Positions 27,831 to 43,930 are shown, numbered from the stretch's first letter. The stretch is DNA of 64,000 nucleotides from Paramecium tetraurelia (GCA_000165425.1 CT868010.1:1-64000); one strand, 5' to 3'. Numbers and translations: made by a program. The notes: generated from the sequence alone by a model not told the origin.

Positions 27831-28624
27831 ATGCAAATGAGCTAAGGTGAATTTTGGCCAAAATAAGAAGAGATTATACAGGGAGATTAGGATGGTTTAT
27901 AGAAGAGAAAGAACAAAAAAAGGGTAATTACAAATCCCAGTTAATAAACAGGACATTGGAGTGAATAAGAACATCAAACTTATATTGATTTTTTGAATAT
28001 GCATAGATCTGTGATGGAATCACAAGATCAAAAAAAGACAAGTAAAATATTTAAGCTGATGAGTGAAACAATTGGTAGTAGAAGTCCATCACAATGCAGG
28101 TTAATAATTAACAAAATATTATTAGATCTCACCATTAGAAATTTAATCCTTTTGTTCACCAAATTAAAAAGAGGTAAAAAGGGGCTGGGAGAAGAAAAAA
28201 GGAAAATTAAAATACAGATAAAATGAATAAGAATGATGAAAATGCATTCTTGTAATCTTTATAAATACAGCATTAATTATTTCAGCAATAACCTTTGGTA
28301 ATAATTCATTTCTATGTATAGGAATATCAAATGTTCTAGTTTCCTTATTTTCCATGTGTTCCTGTATTCGATAATTAATTAAAAGAAGATGAAAAATTAA
28401 ATGAGCAATAGTTGTATTTTTAATAATGTATGCTCTTCCAATAACAATTACCACAATAATTGGATGACAAGAACCTTTGTTGTTTTAATTTTAATTTTAT
28501 GCCTCAATAGTAAATGTAGTTAAATTTTAATTACTTTCAATAATAATAAATGTTCAACAATGATTTTCAAGCATTAAATTCAGGGGATATCAACAACAAA
28601 GAAAACCAATTCGATGAATAATGA
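27831..28624 (+). CDS. Single-repeat Myb/SANT (SHAQKY-like) transcription factor
   Basis: TGHWSEQEH..FKLMSETIGSRSPSQCRSHHQKF; intron 28100-28125; Q-rich tail. Confidence 0.85.
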
Positions 28625-28680
28625 TAATTAATAAATCTATATAGTAATGTAATAATATAAATAATTATATATATATATAA

Positions 28681-30576
<1,896 letters not shown>

Positions 30577-30650
30577 ATTATAACACATCATTCAATTATA
30601 TTTAAACATATTTACTTAGTATTAAATATATAGAATAATAAACATAAACA

Positions 30651-32319
30651 TCAAAACTATGAATAACAAAATTATGTACATCTTCATTATTGATATCATC
30701 AGGTAATATCTTTTCATTTACTTGTCCTTACTCTTATTTCATAAACTCTTATCGTTAACTATTCTATTAAATAGATTTAGATACGCTGCTTATGCTAGTT
30801 GGATATCCATCATGTTGATCTTCAGTTTATCCTTGATATTGGATTTCACTTTCTTGATATATGGTTATTCTTAGAATTGCCTAAAATAATCTTAATAAAG
30901 ATGGAATACTATGCTTATGTGAAGTAACAACTAACTTCTGTTGCTTATTCCTTCCCCATGTAACCAAAACTACTCTCTTCTGAATCATTCACTCCTTAGT
31001 TTTTACTATATGATTAGTACTTGAATCATCAGCCAACAGAGAATCACATAAATCTAATTGTTTATAACTTTTCTCATATTATTGAATAATTTTATCTGTT
31101 ATTTATAACTACTCTTTTTATTTGACATTCTTGTATTAACTTTTCTATTTTTGTTATGGTAACATATCAATATTTAAATTTCCATCTGTATCATCAGGAT
31201 TGATATTTTCAGCATTAGATATAAATTGTTCGAACATTCTATTGATATATACAAGTTATTCTTACTCTATTATTGAACTATCTCCAACTCTTTTTAAAAA
31301 CACCTTCATTAATTGTTCCCTTTATAATAACTTTTAGATTGCTTCGAATTATCCTTATATGAGATATTTCAATTCTTAAGTTTCTATTTTAATTTTAATA
31401 GAATACCTGATTGTGATTGCATGCTTTCTTTGTTATTTATTAAACTTTCAATTTATTATTTCATTTATCCTATTAATTCATTTTATTAAATTGAATTAAC
31501 ATTTAGTAATTCGTTTTCTTACATTAATGCTTCACACTTCTTTTTTACTTGTAATAATGTATTTTCTAATTTCTTTTTCTCTTATTACACCTGATAGGAT
31601 TATTCCAATATTTAAATTTATCTTTTAAAAAAATGATCAATCTAAATAGCTTAGAATGTATCTTAACTTGAAGATGGCAAATTTAACTATGGTTATGAGT
31701 TTTATAAATTAGATTCTTGAAACAAAGTTACTACTAATTAGTTTAAAATTTAATTGAATTTAGTCATAAAATTCAATTCTTTAGCATCTTAAGGTAAATT
31801 TTAATCCCTTTCTTATAATAAAAATTTAATTTTTTCCTTTACTTTTTGAATTTGAGACTAATCACTAGATACACTGTTACTATTTATTTTATTTTTAACT
31901 GAATGATGAAATGAGTAATTTTTAGTTAGAGCAGGAGACTATTAATCAATATGTATCATTGATTAATTTTTGCGTAATTAGTTTGATATTTTGACTGTTT
32001 CAATCAATTCGTTGTTGATGGAATACTTTTATTATTTGTGTATTTGTTATGAACCACTGATTACATTCAAAATGCTTCCCAATTTCTACTATGAAGGTGG
32101 TTAATTAATAAAGGTTTTGTTAACTTTTTAAAGGTTCTCATATGACTTTTATCTTCCAACTGCAGGACTATTGTTATTAGAAATATTTTATGATTAGGTT
32201 TCTATTTAATTCTTGGAACTATTTTTGGCCAATTTCTTTTCTAATATTTTACCCTACAACTTTAACATCTAGCTAGCATAGATTTATTAAGCTATTCTAT
32301 CATTATCACATTTCTTCAT
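30651..32319 (-). CDS. Hypothetical Q/E/K-rich coiled-coil protein
   Basis: ORF beginning MKKCDNDRIAQQIYASQML; terminal 23-nt intron before TGA; interior only partly traced. Confidence 0.65.
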
Positions 32320-32602
32320 AAATATTAAAAATTAATGTCAATATTTTGAAGAATTTAGACTTTGGAGATATTGGCATAATAATCTGGATGTATTCAAAGG
32401 AATTACGTTTTTGGTTAGAGATTTTAAATAAGAAGAATAGTGCTGAAAGATAGAGAAATAGAATAGTTTGATTTTTATATTTTAGATCAATTGTAATTAG
32501 AATAAGAAAGTCAAAATGAGAATTATTTATTGATTTGACTTTTAGTAATAATTGATAAGGTATTATTTTATGATTTGTAGAATAGTGAAGCTATTTTAAT
32601 AA

Positions 32603-33879
32603 TCAAATGTTGGAATTTTGCATAAACATATGAAGTTCTTTGATGTTGGAACACCTTGCTTTTAATTTATTTCTTTTATTGATTATAACAATGTTGGTAT
32701 TATCTATGATATTGATTGAAAAATAGAGGTTATCATATTCAATTTCATTTCGTTTATCCAATTTATTAAATCCTAAGATTTTAATTTATTAGATTAAATC
32801 ATTATCAATAGACTATTATCTACGATTTTTTTGGAAATTATTCATATCAAATTCTTTGAGTAGAGGAAGGAAGAATTATTCATTCTCCTTTGTATATAGA
32901 TCTTTGGTGACTAATTCTTTGAGAACTAATTTGTAGTCAATTGTTTGTGTTGATTTTTAGACAATAGATTTTAAGGCTTCTCTTAAATCTTTTTTTTCTT
33001 TGTATTTCTAGTACAATTCCCTTGCAACTCTATAGTGATCAACATTCACTCTTGAATCTATTCTTTCAAAAATGAGTTTCTCCTTATCTATATACATTTG
33101 ATAGAAGCTCTTCAAAATTTGAAAGGAGGTCAATATATTCTATTGTTCTTCAATCATTAGATAAACTATTTATTTAAGATGGTTAAATAGGTTTCCCTAC
33201 ATTTCAGTTTGATCAAATAGCAATTCAAATAAATTGTGAAATAGATTTTGTCTAGTTATCAACTCTACACGAATCCTCTCTTTCTCATCCTATTTCTCAA
33301 TTTTCTTTAGATAGAGATCTAACATGTATTATTTAATTTGAGGTTAGATCCTTTCATCTTAACTTAATATAAATCCACTAGAAATCAATTTACTTAGAAT
33401 CATTCTAAATTTTGTCCTATTTATAATATTAGCAACTCCTCTGTTCTAAATTTCATTATTGTATTGTCTTACCCCTTGCAAGTAATATTCATAGATTTGA
33501 AGTAACTCATCCACATATGTGATCTCATACTATTTTGGTTAAATCAAGACATTTAATATAAATTCCTTTATTGCATTTTACTCTTATCCATCTAACATGA
33601 TACAAATGGAGTTCAATGGTTTTTTACTCAAGAAACCAAACCATGAGTCTCTGACTAATTGTCTAAACTGTTATTCATTATGAGCAAATTAACCAATCTT
33701 AGAAATTTAACTCAAAAATGAAGTTCTAAAACTTTCACTTAATCCCAAGTTGTCAACCATTTACTCATAAAACCTTTGATTATTAGAAGAGTGTACCATT
33801 TCTATACATAATCTAAATGTAATGGCAAGTAATAGTCATAAGACTTAAGATGATCAAGTACTTTTTGGTTAGGCTTCAT
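32603..33879 (-). CDS. Hypothetical helical protein
   Basis: About 400 codons open in code 6 from MVHSSNNQ (ATG ~33799) to TGA 32603; the upstream ATG at 33879 would need an intron, so the start is uncertain. Confidence 0.6.
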
Positions 33880-33991
33880 AATTAAATTAATTATATTAGT
33901 ACATTTCTACAAAGTGGAATTGATCTAGGATGAGAATATCTCACTCAAGTTATAAGAATGTTCAATATGCATATATGTTTTTGAATATGAA

Positions 33992-34558
33992 TCATTAATC
34001 TTATTCTGACAATGCTGTTCCTTCCAATGCTTATCTTTATTGTTCCTCCTTGTTTTCTTACTCCATCTAATCTTCTCTCATAATGTTGTCCAAGTCTGTC
34101 TACAATTTGACCATAGCTGGACCTCTCTCAATCTCTTAAGTCATTTGAAGATATGCAGTATTAAATTGCTTAGCCAAATGATCACCAGAGTCTTACTCAA
34201 GGATATTTCCATTTGAATCTGTGACTGTGTATGAATAAACACCAGCATTATTAGATAAATCAGTAACCTATCCTACAACACCTGGAATATACTCAGCATG
34301 AGTTTCAACTAAGGATTTATGTTTTTTGGTCTCGTGCTTCACATCTTCTGAAGTGATTTGAGCCCAGTGTTCTATTCAATTTACAAATTATATACGAGCT
34401 TCCTTTGGATTCAGATGGTAATCGCTGTCCCCCAAATTTACAAATTCCATGAATGCACTATTGAATGTTCTCTTCTAGTGAACTGCACCGTGTGATTTTC
34501 TCACGTGTCCAGCATATGCTGTTAATAGCAACGCGCATATCAGAATTGATTTGTACAT
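33992..34558 (-). CDS. Small secreted protein of unknown function
   Basis: Signal peptide MYKSILICALLLTAYA; one 24-nt intron (~34372-34395); acidic C-terminus. Confidence 0.75.
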
Positions 34559-35358
34559 ATTAAAATTATTAATAATCGTTTTTCCACTTTTTACTTTTAT
34601 ATTATATAAAAATAACACAACTAATTTATCTCTTCGTGTTGCAAATATCCAATTATATTCACATTCTATCATATTAACCAATTATTCATTATTATTCTAT
34701 TAATTATCATCTATTTCACAATTACTATTAAGAATTAGCTAAGCAACCTTATATCATAGTATAAAATTCTTGATATTAATTCTTAATATTTTAGATATTG
34801 TTAAAGATTAAATTACTTTTAATTATTTCTTACTTACATACTTACTTAATATCTAAGATTTACACATTCAACTTATCTAAATACATAAACCTCTCCAATT
34901 ATTCTAACGATTAACATCTTTTAGCAAACCAAATACAATTATCTATTGGATTACTAAGGACTTATAAAAACTAAATATTTAACAATTAAGAAGTTGCAGA
35001 TATTACAATATAAAAGAAAATGAATAGAAAAAATTTTATTATTAAATTATTAACGGAAGAAACTTTCTGAGGATATATAGCATAGTAAAATTTAATAATG
35101 AGAATTGATTAGAGTTTTAAATATCTTAAATGTAATTTAGAAAGGAAACATTCATAATTTCATTGTAATCCATAACTATCAATTCCATCTATATATTAAA
35201 TCTCGCAGTTTTATTAAAAATATATTAAAAATTGGCCTACAAAAATTCCAACTGATCACCACGCATAAAGTATTTTTTATGAGAAATATCGTTACATAAT
35301 ACCATTAGAACCATATGTACAAATTGTGAATATAATAAATATAATAATAATAATTTTA

Positions 35359-35604
35359 ATGTAGATAGATAGCCAAGCAATAGATTTAAACAGACGAATA
35401 TTGAAGTCAAGTTTAACGAGATAATTCACAAGATCACCAGCAAGATCAAGAAAAAGAATAATATCTTTACCTCCGTTAGAGGCAGCATAAAATTAGTACT
35501 AAAAATTAAAGCAACGTAATATTGCATGCCACAAAGAAAGTCCAAGAGAAGTATTTAATTCAATTATCAGCGTTGTAAGGTTTGATATGTTTGACCATTC
35601 GTGA
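35359..35604 (+). CDS. Short basic hypothetical protein
   Basis: MQIDSQAIDLNRRILKSSLTRQFTRSPARSRKRIISLPPL; 3' end uncertain. Confidence 0.35.
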
Positions 35605-35759
35605 ACTAAATGGGTTGTGTTTGAATACTTGCAGATACACAAAAGAAAAATAAGAGAAAAAATATTTTCTTAATAACAAATATTTCGATTCTTGTTTTAA
35701 TGCAATGAACCAAAGGAAATTCCAATTATTTAATAAATGACTTTAAATTTATCTCATTT

Positions 35760-36811
35760 TCATTTTAATTCAGTCTACACAATGGATATGGCCTTTTGCA
35801 AATTGGAAACATCTGCACTTTGAAATACATAGAATCCATTATTTTCTTCAAATCCCAATCCATCCAGGGCATTTCTTGCTCCTAAAACTTATTCTATTTT
35901 AGTCAAATAAGCCTAAGAAGTTAATGAGATTTTTCGAAACTTCTCTTCTTAAGGATTTTTTAAGATGTTCTCTAAAATAAATGATTAATTAATACCAAGA
36001 ATTTTTTAGATAAGTGTCAATGAATTATAAGCAGTGTCAGGTATAAGATCAGGTGGATAAGCTACTTTAATTTGTTTGATGCCTAATTCAAATAATTCAA
36101 TGGGAGAGTATTTTTTTTATTACTATTGTTGTTAACTAGGTTAAGCATAGGATTTTCCAAATCTGGCTTCTTTTTCTCTTCTTAATTATTCTTCCATTTC
36201 CTATTTATCTTTTAAAAATTGCTCTCTCTCTCTTTTTGCTTTCTATGCCTCTAGTTTCTTTTTCTATTCATCCAACTCTCTTCTAACATCATTCATTGCT
36301 TTTCCTGAAGCAATTCTATTTTTTTCTTATTCAAAAGCAGCCTATTCTTCAGCGATTCTCCTTTTTTCTCGAAGCTTCTATTAGAGTTCTCTGGCTTTAA
36401 ATGCAGCCTCTTCAGGTGATATCTTTTTGCCATTGCCAACTATTTGTAATTCCTCTTCAAAATCCTAATCATTTTTATGCTCCTCAATCCATTATTTTGC
36501 AGCTTCCACACCTTAATTTTAAGACAGCAATAAGGATTTTTCTGCTACATTCTTTGAATGACCTTCAGACATCAAAATAGCCACATGCTCTTCACTGACA
36601 TACTTTGTAATTGAATCAAATTGTTAAGCTGCTGCTTGTTACTATTATGGTTATGGATTATCCGAAGTCTAACTCTCAATGTATGTAATCAAAACCTAGA
36701 GATATTTTATAATGACACCTCAATATCAGTGGAATTGGTGGAATTGATAGCATTTGTTATTTACTCATCAGTAAATCCCATATCTTGAAGCTAGGTTTTT
36801 GAACTTTCCAT
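35760..36811 (-). CDS. UBA-UBA-coiled coil-PUB protein (probable p97/Cdc48 cofactor)
   Basis: LQDMGFTDEQITNAI; LMSEGHSKNVAEKSL..VEAAKQWIEEH; PUB motif ENILKNPQEEKFRKI..LGFEE; two introns. Confidence 0.85.
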
Positions 36812-36826
36812 TTTATTAAATTTATA

Positions 36827-38214
36827 ATGATGAAAAACTTCGTTGTTTTTGAGAAATTGGGAGAAGGTAATATAAAATTCAATTTTGGTGTAGGATCGTT
36901 TTCTACGGTGTTGAAAGTTAAAAGACAATCAGATCAATAAGAGTATGCTATGAAGAAAGTGAGAATGGGATAATTGAAGGAAAAGGAGAAAGAGAACTCG
37001 TTGAATGAAATTCGAATATTGGCTAGCATCTAACATCCAAATATTATAGGCTATAAGGAAGCATTTTACGAAGAATAATCCTAATGTTTGTGCATTGTAA
37101 TGGAATATGCCGATTAAGGAGATTTATAATAACATATCTAATAGCACATTTAACATAAGCAATACTTTTAGGAAATAGAAATCTGGAAAATGATTTATTA
37201 GGTTTTATAAGGTACTAACATTCTAATACTTAATCTTTAGCCTTGCGAACGTTACATCATATGAAGATTCTACATCGAGATTTAAAGTCAGCAAATGTAT
37301 TTCTACACCAAAGCAATTACAAACTTGGAGATATGAATGTTTCTAAAGTTGCCAAAAAGGATTTAGTATATACTCAAACAGGAACTCCCTATTATGCCAG
37401 TCCTGAAGTCTGGAGAGATTAGCCTTATGATGCAAAAAGTGATATCTGGAGTTTGGGTTGTGTGGCATATGAGATGGCTGCACTTAAGCCTCCCTTCAGA
37501 GCTCAAAATATGGAAGGGTTGTATAAGAAAGTGCAAAGAGGATTGTTTGAACGAATTCCGTCTAAATTTAGTGGGGAATTGATGAACATTATTGGATTAT
37601 GCTTATAAGTGCAAAGCAAATCAAGGCCTTCTTGTGCTTAGTTGCTAAGCAATCCAATTCTTTTAAGAAATGCTAGACAATATATTACTGAAAGTAGAAT
37701 TTCTTAATAAACTTAATCATCCTAGGCTGGTTCCAATGTGCTTCTATAGACCATTAAATTGCCTAAGAATTTGAAACATCTCAAAGAGAAACTCCCTAAA
37801 TCCAAATATCTAATTGAGAGTGCCAATAAATCATATGATGAATATTAAGTGAATAGTTCCTTGCTGCCTAAGATCAATAATCCAAAAGAAATAAGACCGC
37901 ATTGTTCTGTTCCACCGTTAAAGAGTGATAGATATCAATAATAATAACAGGGACAAATCAATTCATTACATGAGGATAGATCGAAATCAATTGCCAATTC
38001 AGTCCAAATGCTTGAGATGGAAAGAATCAGACAAAAGAAATTACTAGAGAAATAGCAGAATTTAAAGATTAGTGTAATTCACTAGAATGCCATACCTTAC
38101 ATCAATAGTTCTTCTTCTCAAATCCAAAATCTGTATGTAAATAAAGCACCTAATCATGAACAAGTTCAATAGAAGCAATACTCAGAAGCACCTAAACCCA
38201 TTTGGTGGGGATGA
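36827..38214 (+). CDS. NIMA-related (NEK) protein kinase
   Basis: LGEGSFSTV, KEKENSLNEIRILASI, HRDLKSANV, LGDMNVSKV, TQTGTPYYASPEVW; two introns. Confidence 0.93.
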
Positions 38215-38379
38215 TTCTATGTTTTTTTGTATTTTATCTAAGATAACTTCATAAGCATAATTTATATATTGATAAATAAGATCTAGAATGGTTAATTGAA
38301 CATTAGTAATAAAAAAGGGTAAATAGAATATATATCGTTTTGATACAAATAATAATATTATTCACAAATATCAATATTT

Positions 38380-40455
38380 TCATTCTAACATTATTATGAA
38401 ATCATCATCTATCGTGTTAATTTTTGGAGATTAAATAAGTTAATCAAAGGCTACTTAATAAATTAAAAGTACCAACAATTGATATATTCTCTTGTATCTT
38501 TTTTTATTATTCATTTTTAGGACCCTATTACTTATAATCTTAATAAAACTATTGGTTAATCAAATCTTCCAATTATTGTAATTCATCAACTTCAGAATCA
38601 TTATCTTAGAAGAATTAATCTTACATTAACTTTTCAAAATAATTAGGAGATTATTAATTAATGATCTCTGAGATTACTGAGACTGGTTATTGAACAGGTT
38701 ATTGCTTTTATTCAGATATAGAAGATTTAAATAGTGAAGATTGAAATTATTCCATCATCATTTTTTCAATATCATTCAAATTAGATTTAGAATAATCCTC
38801 ATTTTTAGTATCTTAACCTAAGTAGAATTATTAAAACATGAGTTCCTCTAATTTCTGGATTTCATCAGCATTCTTTCTTAGAACATTGATTCTAATTGAA
38901 GGATCAACTTATCTAATAGTCTATACTTTATCATAATCACTATTTAAGGATTTGTTCAAACTCGGAATTCTTAGATGATTCTACTTTGAAAAGGAATAGT
39001 CTCCAGTCTAATTATATCTATTTAATGAAGATATTTCCTTAGGTCGAGTCTATCGATTATTTCTATCTTGATTAACTTATTGAATGCTGATCTCTTTTAA
39101 TTTAGTTTCCATTTAGATCTTCTTTGATAAGACATTCTAAATGTCAATATAAGATAATAGCTGACTATCAAAGTGGTTATTTGTGTTCTTAAAATCAAGG
39201 TGAATAGATTTCAGTTGTTATAGAACATGCTGATACTTAGTAGAATAGGGATTGTGACTTCTTCGAATAGAGTGCCGTATACTTGAATTTGAAACATTGC
39301 TATTCTAAATTTTATATGATTTTCTGTCATCATTTCTAATTTGTAACTATCTTCTTGTAGAAATGATTTCTGATTTCAAGGGTTCACTTTCCAGATCTAC
39401 AATAACATGAATATTAAATCACTTCTAAAGAGAGAATGATTAAGTAACTCTGTAGATGTTGCTCTCTCTTTGGGATTGATCTTAAAGATTGAATTGAATA
39501 TTTACAAAATCTCTTCGTTCTTAGTGATTTATTTATATGGAAATAACTCTATTGTATATTAATCAGAATATATACATCCTTAATCAAAGCATATCCTAAT
39601 CTATTCGAGATTGATGTTCACAGATAAATGATGCCAAGGCGAGACCCTTGTCAACATTTCAATAAAGATACAACCAGCACTCCACAAATCAGATTATTCA
39701 CAATATTCTTAGCCCTTGAAACACTCAGGAGCACTATAGAGTGACAATTTATAATCCTTCAAAATGTAGATATCACTCAACTTTGCATTTGCTTCACCAT
39801 CTACTAAAACGTTGGATGTTTTTAAATTCCTTATTTAATTTAGATGATACTTATGGAGGATTCCAGAATTGTGGAGACATTCCAATCCTAATAATATTTA
39901 CTTCATAAACATTAGAGCCAATTGACTAGAAAATGAATTGAACTTCTACAACAACCAACTTATTGAACCACCACTTTCATATGGCATTAGAATTCTTATC
40001 TCATCTTTAACTTCTTCATTATTTTATATCGAATAATCCCATCCTATTATTTTATGCACATTCTTCAATTCCAACCTTGTTAGCAAGTCTACGAAATTAA
40101 TTATATTGTTGAAATCATCCTGCATACTTAATTTAAACTATTCTCATATGACTAAATACTATTTTGAATGCCAAAAGCTAACCATTCAATGTATTCAATG
40201 CACAATAAACATTGCATCCCTCCTATATCAAATCCCCTTCTATGTAATCATATACTATGTTCTATTCTTATTTATCTAATTTACATCTTCCTCCTTCTCC
40301 CCTTAATCATCCGCTATTTGCTCTACAAAATCTTCATGTATTAACTCTCATATTTGAACATCACTTACTCTTATGCTCTTATCACTTATCTATGATCGAT
40401 GACCTATCTTCGCAATCTCTTTTTTCTTCTTTTTGAAACATGGTGAAGTACCCAT
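38380..40455 (-). CDS. STE11/NPK1-like (MAP3K-type) predicted pseudokinase
   Basis: LAFK, MPYESGGSISWLL, HKNLKTSNVLV, KLSDIY, YSAPE, SDLWSAGC; one early in-frame TGA at 40348-40350. Confidence 0.75.
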
Positions 40456-41852
40456 TATAAAATAATAAAATTATAATCAATGGATTTTAATTGAAACTAG
40501 ATATTCATTCTTTATAACTCTTAGAACATTACTCTACCAATTACATTAATTTCATGATTCTGTTTATTAATTATTTAATATCTAAATAAACCACAAGATT
40601 TTAAATCACACACACCATTACAAAATTAAATTTAAATCATATCCAAATCTCCTACAAAGCAATCAATCCTAACTCTAATTTTTCCCTACTTCTATTAGCA
40701 AAATCTTTAGATTGCAACATAATAGTATGTTTTTATTATAATTGAACTATGTTACAATTATTTTAACTTATTGAAATTGAAACTAAAAAAATTTATTAAA
40801 GAATCAACTTTTAAGAAAATAAATATGACTAAGACTTTGAACTGATACAATTTATATCTCATTTCATTATCAATTCTACAAAATTTATAAATTGAAATTA
40901 ATTACCATTTTTCTTTTATCATTTTTTAGTTTATATCTATTATTACCCTAATATTACTACTGATAATTATAATAATAATTCAAATACTTGTCTGAGAAGA
41001 ATCAGTTAGAATGAGTACATCTTTTAGTAATTTTATAGCACTCATTTAAAACAATATTAATAATTATAAAATGTAATTTATCAATTAGTGATTTAAGAGT
41101 AAAAATATGGATCTTTTTCATAGTTTATTATGTATGCTTTTGGATCTATTTATTTAGTTTTCTGAAGAATATCAAGTAATACACATGAATTCACGAGAAT
41201 ATGAGCAATATTCCGTAAATAATAATACATTACATTTATTACTGTATTATTAATACTGATTAGATATTGAATTTGATTGTGGAATATTCTAATAAATCAT
41301 AAGTATAATTTTCATATATTATGTATTAAACTTAAAAAAGTGTGTCGTTTTGATGTTCTTTATTTAATATTACATATTAATTACACATTAATACAAAATT
41401 CGTTATTTTAGATTAGACTAATAATTTATAAATTAGAGCAATCGTTTGCAATCTAAAAGATCTTTGTCATGAAGAGAACTGAATGTTTGGCAATAGTATC
41501 ATCACATTACAAATAGTTTTGATTTGTGATCCTAATCCTAATCTGAAAATTATTGATATAAATTAAATGATATAATGATTATAAAAATAAAAGTAATCGT
41601 TTAATAATTCATCTTAAGTGATATTCGGGTATTTAATATTATGAAATGCATGGCTTAGGGTGTAAAAAGATAATAGTGGAACTCCAAAAATACTTTAGAA
41701 TTTTACAATTCATATGCACTCTTTAAGATTTCATAATAATCTCAAGAGAATGGTAAATTTGAAATAAACAGATGATGAGATTAAATGATTATATAATGAT
41801 TCGGAATAATAATAAAATCTTGGTATATATATTTAATTTAAATAACAAAGTA

Positions 41853-42216
41853 ATGCCTTTAATCGATTCAGAAGTTACGAAATACTAATGTGATGTGTAG
41901 GAGAGCTCTAAAAAGATATCAAAGAAGTCTGGACATTGGAATTAAGATGAACACGAATCATATCTTCGTTTTTTACAAGAAAATGCCAATCATAGCAAGG
42001 GCCAAAGACTATTTAAAAGAATGAGCCAAGTAATAGGAACAAGAACACCAAGTTAATGCAGGTAATATTAAGTTTAATAAGATTAGATCTCATCATTAAA
42101 AGTTCAATCCTTAAAAACCATGTGATAAGATAACGTAAATAAAATTACTGAAAACAAAGTAATTGGCTAGATTATACATGAATAGTCATAAGGAAAAAGA
42201 TTAGGACGAAGAATGA
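41853..42216 (+). CDS. Single-repeat Myb/SANT (SHAQKY-like) transcription factor
   Basis: SGHWNQDEH..FKRMSQVIGTRTPSQCRSHHQKF; intron 42062-42086. Confidence 0.85.
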
Positions 42217-42541
42217 ATGATATTTTTTTATGTAAATATTAAATTCAATTTTTGCTGGTTGACGATGTTTAAATCTTTAAATAATCAAAAGAAATTAGTT
42301 TTCGAGAGCCAGAACAGACTTGAAAAGCTAAATGGTTTAATTTATTTGAAATATCTTAATTCACATCATTATAAAAATGCGGGAAGATATTATAAAATCT
42401 TTTAAAGATACTATTAAAAATCATATTAAAATGTTAAATTATCTTTAAAATGAGTTTTGAAGAATAACAAAGATATATTTGAGAGTAAATGAATAAAATG
42501 AAAGAGTTATCTTAAGTTACAATAATACTATATTATATATA

Positions 42542-43737
42542 ATGAATTTTGAGAGCATTGTAAAATTTATAGAAAAATAAGAGGCTTGCTTAAACTATTA
42601 ATTAATTTCTGCACCTTTTGCTCCTAATACATTTTCATTGTGGAGAGAAGTAGTCTATGAAAATTTGGAACCTGATTAATGGTTTGAGTTTGTGAAACAG
42701 ATAGATAAATAATTATTTTAAAGATATTTGTAAAACGTTAGAGAAGCCTATGCAAAGAAACTTACATATTAAGATTTGAAGTTGAATCTTCGATACGAGA
42801 TAGATGAGAAAAAATTGGAGAGAATATTTGAAAATGATCTAAGTAACAAAGTATTTCATAGACTTAGAGAAGCAGGTGGAGACAGTAACATTGCATCTCT
42901 CTTATTACCAAGCGTAAGTTGAATATGCTTACGATTTGTTAAGAAGAATACATACGTATAAGTTTGTGGACTGCAATGTTGAATAATTTTAGACATAGCA
43001 GAAGGATTAAACTTTGTATTCAAAATATTTGGATAATATTGTAATGTTATATAAATTCAACATATAGATGAAAGGGTTCGTTTAGAATGTTTAAGAGATA
43101 GCAACTGAGAAGATAAAGGAGTTCTGTGCAACTGGATTAATAAAAAGTAATTCAATTTTGGAATCTGGGAAAACGTTTATTAATTAATTCTTATTCAAAG
43201 GAGGCATTGCAGCTGCTAAACTAAGCAATTTAAATTTGGGGTTATTTGTAAAAAGTTGAATTAATAATTTAGATTGGGTGGAATAATAGCAGAATAAATT
43301 GTTAGTAAAGTAGCATTGAGTGTAATGATATAGAGGATTAGTTCTAAATTAGATCTTTTGTAATTAGAACTAGATCAAATGACAAATGAATTAATTCAGA
43401 TCAATTCAGATTTGGATAATTTGATTTATAAAACTGCTCAGGAATTTCCGAGTAACTTTGAATAAAATAAAACATGTAAATATATATATAATTTGGATAA
43501 GTTGTGCAAGTATTTGTTTAAAAGAACTACAAAGTAAATTTAGGATCTGATATCATTTATTGTCCAGACACCAATACTATAATTTAGAAGAGTGTTGAAG
43601 ACGATTGTGTAATATTGGAATAACTTCAATTTAACTTAGAACTTCAAGAGGAAATGGATGAGGATGTTTATATAATAACTTCAGCCTCAAATATCAAAGG
43701 TAGTATTTTACAAGATAAATCTAAAAAATTGGAATGA
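42542..43737 (+). CDS. Hypothetical protein
   Basis: MNFESIVKFIEKQE..; frame restored by about four tiny GT..AG introns. Confidence 0.6.
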
Positions 43738-43930
43738 TTATATAAAATTATTTCTTTTACTAAATAGATTTAAAACTCTATTATAAAATATGATTTAAAG
43801 TAATGTGAAAGGTCAAATTTGAGAATAAATTAACCATTAATTCTTCAATTTTTAAACTAAATTTGAGCAGAATTGTATTGTAATTATGATGTAAAATAAT
43901 ACAATTAATTTCTTTAATTAAACATCAAAA

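Noticed and set aside
40348..40350. Selenocysteine codon
   Set aside because: It lies in a non-catalytic N-terminal linker and I recognised no SECIS element.
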